From: a virus
Taxonomy: Duplodnaviria > Caudoviricetes
Virus record (IMG/VR): IMGVR_UViG_3300047567_000025
Coordinates: 64,001-128,000 of that record
Length of the DNA: 64,000 bases
Strand: one strand, 5' to 3'
Shown here: piece after piece, positions 51,549-61,314 of the stretch
Layout of the letters: every line of letters begins with the position of its first letter
Numbering within the stretch: the stretch's first letter is position 1
Notes under the pieces: model-generated
Seen by the model: the letters and a program-made list of their open reading frames with translations, nothing else
The model's database searches: none
Told to the model about the DNA's origin: nothing
Program-made: the position numbers and the translations under genes

Positions 51549-52538
51549 ATGAAGTTATCAAAAGCAAATATGTCTAAAAATAATAATCATAAAGAAAGGA
51601 GGAGCTTAATTAGAAAACACAAACGGATGCCGTATATATACGATATCGGTTGTTTAACCATGTTGAGTACAATTATAATATTCTCAATATTAGCATTGAT
51701 GAATACGCCATCTGCACATATTCAAAAAAATGCACTTCCAGTTGCTGTTGATAATAAAGTGCAATATGTTGTTGGAACCGAAGAGCCAACAACTTCAAAT
51801 ATTAGTACATCAACTGTTACGACAGCAATAACACATATAAGCAAAAACCTATCTACAACAACTGCTATCACATCAGCAAGTTGTCAAACAACTAATACCA
51901 CCGTAGTTGAAGTTACAACAACGAGTACAACATCGGCATCAGTTACTGAAGCCATAGAATCATCAACTACTGAAGAATATCTAGTGTACAAACCAGATAC
52001 ACATTATGTTCATAGAAGCACATGCCAATGGGCAGCTACTGGTGATGTGGAAAGAATCGAAAATACAGATGGTATTGAAGCAAGAAAATGTCCAGACTGT
52101 AATCCTGATGTAGATATAGTAAATGAATACAAAGAACCTTCTGACGAACAAGTCACGGTCAATAATTATTCATTGACATATCTAAAGTCATTTTCTAGGG
52201 GAACATTTTATCCAGGAATAGCATATTCATCTGATCCAACAAATATCATAGGCGGCTCTGGCAGAACACTGCTTGATGAAACAGGGAATACTATGTCGGA
52301 GATAAAAGGATCATTAGCTTCTAATTATATTTATAGAAATTATGGATATAATAGAAATAATGGTCGAACACTCGTTTATATTAAATGCGATGCATATGAA
52401 GAAATGAATGGCTTATATTATCTTGATGACAGCCAAGATTATAATAACGAAGTTATTGATTTCTTTTATTATTATCCTGAGAATTGTCCATTTCAGCAAG
52501 CCGGCGTTATTACTGTTGATGCATGGCTTGTTGATTAA
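51549..52538 (+). CDS. Membrane-anchored protein with Thr/Ser linker, small Cys/His metal-binding module and 3D-like cell-wall domain
   Basis: TM helix; Thr-rich stalk; HRSTC...CPDCNP; C-terminal YYLDD...VIDFF resembling the 3D/DPBB aspartates. Confidence 0.5.
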   Translation: MKLSKANMSKNNNHKERRSLIRKHKRMPYIYDIGCLTMLSTIIIFSILALMNTPSAHIQKNALPVAVDNKVQYVVGTEEPTTSNISTSTVTTAITHISKNLSTTTAITSASCQTTNTTVVEVTTTSTTSASVTEAIESSTTEEYLVYKPDTHYVHRSTCQWAATGDVERIENTDGIEARKCPDCNPDVDIVNEYKEPSDEQVTVNNYSLTYLKSFSRGTFYPGIAYSSDPTNIIGGSGRTLLDETGNTMSEIKGSLASNYIYRNYGYNRNNGRTLVYIKCDAYEEMNGLYYLDDSQDYNNEVIDFFYYYPENCPFQQAGVITVDAWLVD

Positions 52539-52555
52539 TAAAAAGGAGTAAAAAT

Positions 52556-52954
52556 ATGGAACGCAAAAGAATTGTAGTAATGCATGCAATGCCAATGTCA
52601 TCCCGCACAAATGACGAAATCTTAGAAACCCGTGAGTCAGAGAATCCGCGTATAATAGAAATAATCCATGAATACTTCGATGCAAGTGTATCACCTGAAA
52701 ATATCATGGTTATTGACAATTATACACCAAAAGACAAATTAAAAAATATGACAAAAATAAAGACACCTGATTTGTATTTCTTTGGTCGTGGTATAAAGAA
52801 AATAATGGCAATTTCTGATGTTGTTGTTATGGGTGATGGATGGAGACTGTCAAGAGGCTGCATTAGTGAAGCTGCAATAGCTTCATTGTATGGTATTCCT
52901 GTGATGGAGTTAAATGGTAAATATGTAAGAATAGAAGAAATTAATTTTAATTGA
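52556..52954 (+). CDS. DUF4406 / nucleoside 2-deoxyribosyltransferase-like protein
   Basis: SDVVVMGDGWRLSRGCISEAAIASLYGIPV motif. Confidence 0.7.
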   Translation: MERKRIVVMHAMPMSSRTNDEILETRESENPRIIEIIHEYFDASVSPENIMVIDNYTPKDKLKNMTKIKTPDLYFFGRGIKKIMAISDVVVMGDGWRLSRGCISEAAIASLYGIPVMELNGKYVRIEEINFN

Positions 52955-52967
52955 AAGGATAATAAAA

Positions 52968-53204
52968 ATGCGTAAAGGTGTAAAAATTTATATGGTTAAT
53001 ATTGGTGCAGACGGTACGGTATCTGCAATAGACTCTTCACTTGAGAATATAAAATTAAATCGTACAAGACGTAATCTGTTAGTCTGTTATAAAGATGCAA
53101 ATTACATAGAATCTATCAAAAAAGAGTTCAATAATCCAGATATTTTGCACAATGAGTTTACTGTTATAAAAAATGATGAAGTTGTCTTTTCAATGAATGA
53201 TTAA
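52968..53204 (+). CDS. Hypothetical protein
   Basis: 78 aa; AAAGGA RBS. Confidence 0.55.
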   Translation: MRKGVKIYMVNIGADGTVSAIDSSLENIKLNRTRRNLLVCYKDANYIESIKKEFNNPDILHNEFTVIKNDEVVFSMND

Positions 53205-53210
53205 ACGTAT

Positions 53211-53235
53211 TTTGGGTGGGCTTAGCCCACCCAAA
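53211..53235. terminator. Bidirectional hairpin terminator
   Basis: tttgggtgggc-tta-gcccacccaaa between convergent genes. Confidence 0.8.
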
Positions 53236-53243
53236 TACATTCA

Positions 53244-53666
53244 TTAGTTTTCAGTATCATTGCTTTTGTCAGTTGCAATAGTTGCGTCAGTGCTGCTGTT
53301 ATTGTTTTCAGTGATATCTATCCTATTGATGACGTCATTAATTGATGATTGCAACTCTATTAACTTTGCTATAGTCGCAGATTCTTCCGGCGTTTCTTTT
53401 GTATGCTGTTTGATTATCTGGTGAATTCCAGTTGAACCAGATCCGGCTGCAATACCAATAAAGATTGCCTCAACTAACGAACTGCCCATGTTTGCCTCGG
53501 GCACATAGAATCCTATAATGCCAAGGATGATTCCATAGATAACAGAAAATACAGGAATCCATTTCGATATGTCTCTTTTAATGAAATTAGTTGCTATGTA
53601 CTTTGTACCCTGATTAAGAGTTGCTACAAATGCACTAATAGTTACGATTGATAGTGTCATGATCAA
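53244..53666 (-). CDS. Holin
   Basis: KWIPVFSVIYGIILG...AIFIGIAAGSGSTGIHQIIKQ matches Firmicute phage holins; three hydrophobic segments. Confidence 0.75.
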   Translation of the reverse strand: MIMTLSIVTISAFVATLNQGTKYIATNFIKRDISKWIPVFSVIYGIILGIIGFYVPEANMGSSLVEAIFIGIAAGSGSTGIHQIIKQHTKETPEESATIAKLIELQSSINDVINRIDITENNNSSTDATIATDKSNDTEN

Positions 53667-53768
53667 ATCACTCCATATTTATAATATTAGGCATATTCAA
53701 ATGCCTTACAAATTTGTTTATTTCAACTTTGTAGACATATATTATTAGAATGAAAGGAAGTGATATTA

Positions 53769-53924
53769 TTGCAATCAAAAAAAGATAATAAAAAAGTGAT
53801 TATTAAAGGATGTGATAAAACTGTTGACAAAGCTTTTGGTAAACGTTTGTCAAAACCAGAAGTACCTTCATCGCCAGGGCCAATTCATCCAGACTATATT
53901 AGCAAAGCAAAGAAGAACAAATAA
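53769..53924 (+). CDS. Small basic protein (51 aa, TTG start)
   Basis: AAAGGAAG RBS downstream of the ATATATTATT motif at 53737; not in the ORF track. Confidence 0.4.
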   Translation: MQSKKDNKKVIIKGCDKTVDKAFGKRLSKPEVPSSPGPIHPDYISKAKKNK

Positions 53925-53968
53925 GTACACCAACCAAAAAAACATAAAATATTTAGGAGGAAATTAAA

Positions 53969-54727
53969 ATGGATAATGAAAAGGAAATAGCACAGTCAGA
54001 TGTTACTGGTAAATATCAAAGGACATTTCAGCCCCTTGAATATGATTTTCAAATGGATACGGATACATGTGATTGCAATGATGGTGGATATTCCAGTTGC
54101 TGTGATGAATGTGACTGTGAAGATGGTGATTATTGCAGCTGCTGTGATGAAAATAAAGTCAACGATAATGTCTCTGCAGATGATATAGCAAGTGATATGA
54201 ATGAACTTCTAATTTACATGTCTGACGGAAGTAGCTATGCTATTGACGTTGACGATTTGGAGTGGGATTCTCTAATCAATTCCATTCCACAGGCCGAGGA
54301 TAACGTTAAAACACTTCGAAATATGTTGTTAGATGTGATTGCAATGCCGACAACCTGTAGAGATACTGAAATACCAGTGATACAAGAAAAGCTTAATAAT
54401 TTTGCAGACTGCCTCGGAATCAAATTCGAATATGAAAAAATCAATTCTGCTATTACAAATTATGAAAAATGCATATTTAGTTGTAATGACATGATCAACG
54501 CCATGGAAACTGTTATCCATTATGCTAAAATGAAAGATATGTCACAGACAGTCGAATCAATATTTAAATTATTTAGCGTTGGAAATGATTCTTGTGATTC
54601 TGTTAAACGTGCTAATGTGAATGATGAAGCTGATATGGAAACATCAACCGATAGAAAGATACAGGATTTGATCAATTCTGAATGTTACGAGTGTGGTGTA
54701 TTCGACGATGATAGCATTAATGATTAA
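53969..54727 (+). CDS. Acidic Cys-rich protein whose N-terminus copies that of the gp25-like protein
   Basis: AGGAGG RBS; 19/29 identity to the N-terminus of 31485..31964; CDCxDGxYxSCCDE occurs twice. Confidence 0.65.
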   Translation: MDNEKEIAQSDVTGKYQRTFQPLEYDFQMDTDTCDCNDGGYSSCCDECDCEDGDYCSCCDENKVNDNVSADDIASDMNELLIYMSDGSSYAIDVDDLEWDSLINSIPQAEDNVKTLRNMLLDVIAMPTTCRDTEIPVIQEKLNNFADCLGIKFEYEKINSAITNYEKCIFSCNDMINAMETVIHYAKMKDMSQTVESIFKLFSVGNDSCDSVKRANVNDEADMETSTDRKIQDLINSECYECGVFDDDSIND

Positions 54728-54791
54728 ATGATTCTATTATACAAACTAATGCTATCTTAATAAATTATAAATGAACTAGGAGGAATAATAC

Positions 54792-55559
54792 ATGGAAATA
54801 TTAAAACCAAGCATACATTTCTATGATGAAATAGATGGTAACAAAATTCTCAAGAAGATTGAATTCTTCGGAAGAATATGTTACCAAAGCGAAGCAAAAG
54901 GAAATCCAGAAAAGTTTGTTCGTGCCATTATAAACAGAGGCCATACTAGTGTTCTTGAGCATGTTTCATTGTCATTCTGTGTAATTACCAATCGTGGTGT
55001 ATTAGCTGAGTGGACAAGACATAGGATAGCATCATATTCTGTGGAGTCAACTAGATATTGTAAGTATGCCACAGCTAGTGGTGCATCAGATAATAAAAAT
55101 GAATCAATGAAATTTATTGAGCCATTTGTTATTGAAAACGATGAAGGTAAATTTGCTATATGGAAAGAGGGATGTGAAAAGTCCGAAGAATCATATAACC
55201 AGATGATTGAATCTGGTGCAACACCACAAGAGGCTCGACAGGTTCTAAATAACTCATTAAAAACTATGATTGGATGCACAATGAATCTCCGATCATTACT
55301 AAACTTTTTATCATTGAGATGTGATAAAGCAGCACATCCTGATATAAAAATTCTTGCAATATCAATGTTAAAATATCTTCAGGAGAAGATTCCTGTTGTG
55401 TTCGATTATGTCAAATACGATGAACAGTTTTACAATGAGATGCTTGATGCATACAGATGGCGTGATTATATAAAAGCGGCGCCATGTACCATTGTTGCGT
55501 TGCATTCAACCAAAGCAATCTCTTCCGATATAGCTGATGAGATCGATAAACAAAGATGA
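54792..55559 (+). CDS. thyX: Flavin-dependent thymidylate synthase
   Basis: GHTSVLEH, TRHRIASYSVESTRY (RHRx7S), QEARQVL, NLRSLLNFLSLR, AHPDI. Confidence 0.95.
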   Translation: MEILKPSIHFYDEIDGNKILKKIEFFGRICYQSEAKGNPEKFVRAIINRGHTSVLEHVSLSFCVITNRGVLAEWTRHRIASYSVESTRYCKYATASGASDNKNESMKFIEPFVIENDEGKFAIWKEGCEKSEESYNQMIESGATPQEARQVLNNSLKTMIGCTMNLRSLLNFLSLRCDKAAHPDIKILAISMLKYLQEKIPVVFDYVKYDEQFYNEMLDAYRWRDYIKAAPCTIVALHSTKAISSDIADEIDKQR

Positions 55560-55650
55560 CAATGTTAAATATGATCACTTATTGTTTAGACAATATGAAT
55601 GACTTTTCTAAATCAAAGTTTTAATAGCAAATTAATAGGAGGAATAATAA

Positions 55651-56691
55651 ATGCAAGTATATTATCATAGTGATGCTGATGGTAAATGTTCAGCATATAT
55701 TGTCAAAGCAGAGCTCTGTAATGTTTTTGATAAGCCATTACCTGAAGATTTCTATATGTATTCATATACAGGAGAAATTGGAAATATTATTAAGAATGAT
55801 GAAACAGTATACATTGTCGATCTATCTCTCAATGACGATATATATTATTTGATATATCGTTTAATAGCTAATGGATGTAAAGTCATCCATATTGATCATC
55901 ATAAAACAACGCTAGACTATCTCGACAGCTGTACACCAAAACAACTGACAACTATGAATTCAGTTACTAAGTTTTACAAAGTTGGAATTTCTGGCTGCCT
56001 ATTAACATGGATTTATTCATGCATGAATGATACTGAAAGAGAAAATCCAATGTCAGTATCATTTGATTTTGCAGAAGGTCGTTCACATGTAAAGATAATA
56101 GATAGCAATAATGATGCACGAGAATATCGAATACCAATGGCAATTCGATATATTGATGATTATGATGTTTGGCGTCATGATATTGAAGAATCGAATTACT
56201 TCATTATGGCATACAATATGCTCGGCGATAATTCCCCATCAAGTTTGATATGGGATGACCTGATATATGGATCGGATTTTAATCTCAAGCAATATGTTGA
56301 CAATGGACGACTTATATATGATTATCAGATGTCTGTAAATAAAGATATTCTCAAAAATGCTTTTGAGGTTGAATTCACAAAAATCGGTACAGTTCTATGT
56401 TTAAATTCAATATATGGCAATTCTAAAATATTTGGTGACAAATTTGATGAATATGTCGCTGTATGTAAATTCGGATATGATGGGACACATGATACATGGG
56501 TATATTCGATGTATGCTTCGGAAGTGTTTAACAAGGATAATGATGTTGATCTAACACCGATAGCAAAGTTCTTCGGAGGCGGCGGACATAAACATGCATG
56601 TGGTTGGACATTATCATTTAATATTTTTGATAGAAGATCAAATGCACCTTATGATTACAAACCATTTATTACAAATATGCAAAAAAATTGA
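55651..56691 (+). CDS. DHH/DHHA1 family phosphoesterase
   Basis: YHSDADG, IVDLS, IDHH and GGGGHKHACG motifs. Confidence 0.9.
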   Translation: MQVYYHSDADGKCSAYIVKAELCNVFDKPLPEDFYMYSYTGEIGNIIKNDETVYIVDLSLNDDIYYLIYRLIANGCKVIHIDHHKTTLDYLDSCTPKQLTTMNSVTKFYKVGISGCLLTWIYSCMNDTERENPMSVSFDFAEGRSHVKIIDSNNDAREYRIPMAIRYIDDYDVWRHDIEESNYFIMAYNMLGDNSPSSLIWDDLIYGSDFNLKQYVDNGRLIYDYQMSVNKDILKNAFEVEFTKIGTVLCLNSIYGNSKIFGDKFDEYVAVCKFGYDGTHDTWVYSMYASEVFNKDNDVDLTPIAKFFGGGGHKHACGWTLSFNIFDRRSNAPYDYKPFITNMQKN

Positions 56692-56916
56692 TTGGGGAAG
56701 CTATGATGAATATTAAGATAACCAAAAAATGATAATAATAGCAATATTGTATTCTAATAAATTTAATCATGAATTGAGTAAATCAACTAGATTTGCCAGT
56801 CCATTATATCTTTAAGAATCTTCGTATCAGAAAATATTTGTATGAAGTCATAAAACCAGCATGCAACAATGTTGGTTTTTCAAGAGTACTTATGTATGTA
56901 AAATAAGGAGGAAAAA

Positions 56917-58038
56917 ATGAAAATAACAGTTATAAAGAAACAATCAAAAATGCATCATATCAATAAAGGGTTTGGCTATGATAACTTTTTCGATCTTGGT
57001 TGTTCACTTAATTTGAATAAAAGTATGTTTGATAACGTTGACAAAGAACAGGAACAATGTGAAGACATGAAGAAACAATCAAAAATGCATCATATCAATA
57101 AAGGGTTTGGCTATGATAACTTTTTCGATCTTGGTTGTTCACTTAATTTGAATAAAAGTATGTTTGATAACGTTGACAAAGAACAGGAACAATGTGAAGA
57201 CATGAAGAATGAAGAATACAGTAATGGTCATTCAACCATGCTGACAATAGCAAGGTATCCGCTGTGCGATTATGACAATGTAATTACTATCGATGAACAG
57301 TGCACACTCAATCAATTGATATCTACGATAAAAAGTAATCTACCAACATTATGTAGTGATTATATTCAATCATCAATTATAGTGTCAAATGAAAAACATA
57401 AACAGATATTCTATCTTATCGTAAATCCAGCTATTGGTGCTGCATTATATGCATTATATGATGAGCTATACTATATTAATGACGCTAAATGGGAAGAAAT
57501 CAAGCGTGATAAGTTTAAAATAAAGCCAAACAAGGTTGCTGACAAATCTGAATGTATTGACAAATTAGCTGCAAGAGCATTGAAATCCTATAATGATTTT
57601 ATGATGAAAAATTGGGTTGATACAATGATGAAAGTCAATGATAAATGTGATACGGATGTTCTTAAATTCATTTATCAGTTCAAACAACGTGGCAAGATCG
57701 GATCGACTGATAATATAATACATGATGTTTTCAGACATGGTTATTGTTGGCATTTTGCACATATACTAAAATCAACATTTGGTCGAGGCGAAGTTTGTAT
57801 CGCATATCCTTTTGGACATTTTGTCTGGAAAGATGTCAATGGCGTTGTGTATGATATTGAAGGTGAATATGGTCATGACTCGGAAGCATGCTGCTATATA
57901 CCCGAAGATTATCTACCAGATGAAGTTCTTGATACTTTTCGACATATACCGGATTGTGATGAGCACTATACAACCAAAGAAGAAATTGAAGCAATTGAAA
58001 AGCGATACGTACATGATAGATGCAAGAAAGTGAAATGA
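56917..58038 (+). CDS. Modular protein: duplicated 45-aa N-terminal block, shared ~100-aa domain, C-terminal papain/transglutaminase-like Cys-His-Asp domain
   Basis: GYCWHFAHIL...GHFVW...YDIEG; middle domain paralogous to the C-terminus of 61315..62028. Confidence 0.55.
   Translation: MKITVIKKQSKMHHINKGFGYDNFFDLGCSLNLNKSMFDNVDKEQEQCEDMKKQSKMHHINKGFGYDNFFDLGCSLNLNKSMFDNVDKEQEQCEDMKNEEYSNGHSTMLTIARYPLCDYDNVITIDEQCTLNQLISTIKSNLPTLCSDYIQSSIIVSNEKHKQIFYLIVNPAIGAALYALYDELYYINDAKWEEIKRDKFKIKPNKVADKSECIDKLAARALKSYNDFMMKNWVDTMMKVNDKCDTDVLKFIYQFKQRGKIGSTDNIIHDVFRHGYCWHFAHILKSTFGRGEVCIAYPFGHFVWKDVNGVVYDIEGEYGHDSEACCYIPEDYLPDEVLDTFRHIPDCDEHYTTKEEIEAIEKRYVHDRCKKVK
56935..57209. repeat. Perfect 135-bp tandem duplication bounded by AAGAA microhomology
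   Basis: Copies start at 56935 and 57070; no difference seen between them. Confidence 0.9.
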
Positions 58039-58062
58039 AGAAAATCTAATCAGGGAGTAACT

Positions 58063-58212
58063 ATGCAACGGCGAAAAACTTATAATAGGTATGGTACAGT
58101 CCAACGAGTCGACAGATCTGAAATAAAGAAAAAGATGGATAAGCAAATTGTAAAAGCAATGCAATTTGTTGCTATTGTTAACAAGATGACAAATCATGGA
58201 CATAATAAATGA
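58063..58212 (+). CDS. Small basic protein (49 aa)
   Basis: GGGAG RBS; ends at a terminator; not in the ORF track. Confidence 0.45.
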   Translation: MQRRKTYNRYGTVQRVDRSEIKKKMDKQIVKAMQFVAIVNKMTNHGHNK

Positions 58213-58242
58213 AATGAATGGGGCTTAAAGCCCCATTCATTT
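58212..58242. terminator. Bidirectional hairpin terminator (ATGGGGC family)
   Basis: aaatgaatggggc-ttaaa-gccccattcattt between convergent genes. Confidence 0.8.
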
Positions 58243-58250
58243 ATATTATT

Positions 58251-60170
58251 TTAGCTTTTTATAATTTTTTCTAGAGGTGTTTCTGTTGGCTTGACACCAT
58301 TCAGCGTTTGTGATAACCCCTTTACGATTGACTTTGATGTGTCCTGAAATAATATGCCTTGTAAAACACCAGCATCTTGTACTGCTTCACGGAATGATTG
58401 CTTTTGATATGACATTTGATCAATATTAGAATTTTTTCCATATGCCTTTGCAAATGTATCTATTCCATTGCGGCACATACGTCTTGCAAGTAATTCATAT
58501 ATTAGAGAAACACCAGTTAAATCAATGGAATTTAATTCCAAACATTTAAACATATAATTTGTCAGACTATTATATGGCAACTGTGCTGTTCTGCTGTAAA
58601 AATATATTTGATTTATAAAGAATTCAACATTGATAATGCTTTTTTGTATAACTAATCGACATACATCAGAATCTGGCTCATATGTTATGATATAATTATC
58701 AGCATCTTCTTGTATGTCAGAATATACATTGAATGTTAAAAGAGCAGGTACAGTCATCATTGTCGACAATAATTCTGTATTATTTTTATCATAGAATTTC
58801 ACAGGGAAAATACCCATGCAATCAACAGATGTCGCTTCACGTGAGAAACCAGAAATCTCTTCTAATACACGCGGTATGAAAAGTTTCATTGTTGTTTTGA
58901 CATGAAACGTGCCGTCATCAATACTAAAATAATTATTTTGATCAGCGAATATTTGATCTTTTGAAATAATTCCAGCTGACTGTGACAAATTATGTTTTGA
59001 TTTAAGTTTTAAATCTAGTATTCTTTTAGTAATCTGTGAAGTAAGCAATCCAATTTGTGTTACTTCAAGTTTATAAAATGCTTGTCCTGCACATTTTGCA
59101 CATATAGCGTCATTTTTACAACACTGAGGTGAATACATTTGTACCGTTTGCCCAATATAATTGTTAATGACATCTGGCGTTGTTTGTACCATTTTTCCAT
59201 TTATATTTATATTTCTATATAGTAAATATTGTTTATTCTTTTTTGTAATTGTAATCGGTATTGTTGACAAAGTTCCACAATCAGACTTTGGATTTGCATC
59301 AATATGTTCGGACTGTAGCAGAGCTAATAATATTTTCGACATATATCCGGCTTCAGCAGTACCTACAGCTGATGGGTATGCTCCAGCAACAACTGAATTA
59401 GCAAACGCAGATATATCTTTTTTAGTAACGCCATTCATCAACGAGTTTTCAACGATATCATATTTTTTAGTCGCATTATTGAAAACAGCACCTCTCATAA
59501 CATTGATAGTTTTGTAATTGTTATCGAGGTTATTTACACCTGATGCATACATGTCATATCCTGAATCACTTTTGAGATTCTCACGTACCATATCTACTAA
59601 TTCTTTTTCAATCTTATTGACTGTCATTATTTGATCAACTGGATTATCTGAATTAATTGAAGATTCATATTCCTTAAATAATTCAGCCTTACGCTTATTG
59701 ACATTATCCATTGGCCGTATTAGACCATCTGTTATGGAGGCTGCTAAAAATGCCGAGCACCAAAAGCCTATTTTATCACGTGAATCTGTAAATGCGCCTA
59801 AATCTTTTGTTGTCATTTTACCATCGATTACAATCTCATTAATGGTTAAAATTAATTCGGAAAGACCCTTATTGTCTATAACTGTATTCCAGTATCCAGT
59901 ATGCTTGATAAAACCAGTTCGTTCCAAAACATAACGATTGAAAATTAGCATTCCAATTGATGTTAAAACCTTATCCTTCACGTAAATATAGTCTTTGTGA
60001 GTCAATTCAATTTTATCGGTTGGATTAAAATTTGCTTGCTTAAAAGTATTTGTTTCTTTGTCATGATAAGATGCAAACATATCTTCTATAAAAGATTTTG
60101 TTATTTGGTCAGCTGGCACTGACATTATTTTAGCAAGTGCCATTTTTGATGAATTATTAATATCTGGCAT
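58251..60170 (-). CDS. rpoC: Multisubunit RNA polymerase beta' subunit, C-terminal fragment
   Basis: Bridge helix AVGTAEAGYMSKIL, DCGT, Zn site SPQCC...ICAKCAG, trigger-loop-like IGLLTSQ...LKSKH; lacks NADFDGD (expected in a separate fragment). Confidence 0.85.
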   Translation of the reverse strand: MPDINNSSKMALAKIMSVPADQITKSFIEDMFASYHDKETNTFKQANFNPTDKIELTHKDYIYVKDKVLTSIGMLIFNRYVLERTGFIKHTGYWNTVIDNKGLSELILTINEIVIDGKMTTKDLGAFTDSRDKIGFWCSAFLAASITDGLIRPMDNVNKRKAELFKEYESSINSDNPVDQIMTVNKIEKELVDMVRENLKSDSGYDMYASGVNNLDNNYKTINVMRGAVFNNATKKYDIVENSLMNGVTKKDISAFANSVVAGAYPSAVGTAEAGYMSKILLALLQSEHIDANPKSDCGTLSTIPITITKKNKQYLLYRNININGKMVQTTPDVINNYIGQTVQMYSPQCCKNDAICAKCAGQAFYKLEVTQIGLLTSQITKRILDLKLKSKHNLSQSAGIISKDQIFADQNNYFSIDDGTFHVKTTMKLFIPRVLEEISGFSREATSVDCMGIFPVKFYDKNNTELLSTMMTVPALLTFNVYSDIQEDADNYIITYEPDSDVCRLVIQKSIINVEFFINQIYFYSRTAQLPYNSLTNYMFKCLELNSIDLTGVSLIYELLARRMCRNGIDTFAKAYGKNSNIDQMSYQKQSFREAVQDAGVLQGILFQDTSKSIVKGLSQTLNGVKPTETPLEKIIKS

Positions 60171-60294
60171 AATTTAATCTATCCTTTCATAAATGCTGTT
60201 ATTAAAGATTCGTTTGGAATCTATTTACTATTCATAATAAGAGACTTTTACAATAACCTAATATTGATATCAAAATATTATTTAGGAGGACTGT

Positions 60295-60918
60295 GTGCTT
60301 ATGTCAAATGAATATGAAATCAAAGTTGAAGGGGCTGTACATACTTTCGAAGGAGGAGCTACGCGTTATTCGAAAGATAAAGGACGATTTGATCTTATGC
60401 CAAGTGATATTATCATAAAATTACTCGAGCAATATTCATCCAATGATAATAATGCATCATTCAGCATCAATGATGCTATTATTGCTGCATATAAAGGAAA
60501 TTATATTGACGCTGTAATCATAATTGCAAATCAGCATTATAAAGATGAAAAATGTCCAGTTCTAGCAATGCTTGCTGAGTTAGCAATACATTTTCAAAAA
60601 GGTGCTGCTAAATATGGTGAAAGAAACTGTGAGCATGGAATACCTTTATGGAGTTTTCGTGATTCAGGAATTCGACATTTAACGCAATATATTCTTGGAC
60701 GTACAGATGAGCCTCATCATATTTCAGCAATATGGAATTTTGTGATGGCTGAATGGACAATGGCGAACCATCCAGAACGTTGCATGGACGAAGCAACATA
60801 TTGTAATTCTCGTGCTATTAATATTTCTAAAGATTGCACAACGACGTTATATCATAATACTGATACATATACTGGGCAACTTATTGGAGATGATAATAAT
60901 ACAGAAAGCAATACTTAA
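60295..60918 (+). CDS. dATP/dGTP diphosphohydrolase-like protein (DUF5664)
   Basis: GATR..DKGRFDLMP, GAAKYGERN..HGIP, SGIRHL, EPHHISAIWN motifs. Confidence 0.8.
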   Translation: MLMSNEYEIKVEGAVHTFEGGATRYSKDKGRFDLMPSDIIIKLLEQYSSNDNNASFSINDAIIAAYKGNYIDAVIIIANQHYKDEKCPVLAMLAELAIHFQKGAAKYGERNCEHGIPLWSFRDSGIRHLTQYILGRTDEPHHISAIWNFVMAEWTMANHPERCMDEATYCNSRAINISKDCTTTLYHNTDTYTGQLIGDDNNTESNT

Positions 60919-60999
60919 AATAAGATTATTAGATGATGATAATGCAGTATACATTGATATTGATCAGCTCGAATATAAAAGTCATATAAATATTATTTA

Positions 61000-61021
61000 A
61001 TGGAGCCCATATGGGCTCCAT
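61000..61021. terminator. Palindromic hairpin terminator
   Basis: atggagcccatatgggctccat perfect palindrome. Confidence 0.7.
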
Positions 61022-61071
61022 AATAATGTTTTTTATTATTTTGAATCTTTAAATATATATTATTAATATGA

Positions 61072-61230
61072 ATAATAATCGAGCAAGAATACATAAATAT
61101 GAAAGAAGGTGTTATTATGAATGAAATTAGTGAAATTGTCATTATTGACACAACAGATTCAATCATTATAAATGATTAATTTTTAAATACTCAACCACAA
61201 ATATATCAAACCAACTTGCTCGATTATTAT
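61072..61230. repeat. 16-bp perfect inverted repeats enclosing a 20-codon ORF (61117..61179)
   Basis: ATAATAATCGAGCAAG (61072-61087) and CTTGCTCGATTATTAT (61215-61230). Confidence 0.8.
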
Positions 61231-61314
61231 ATAATGAGTAAAATATTTAAATATAATAAATTTATTATTAAAGCAATCACAGAGCTGTATAATCTGTGAA
61301 GAAAGAGGTATATT

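Noticed and set aside
56700-56906. Possible small gene between the DHH gene and 56917
   Set aside because: An RBS and ATG are present but stops follow quickly; a remnant is possible but cannot be supported
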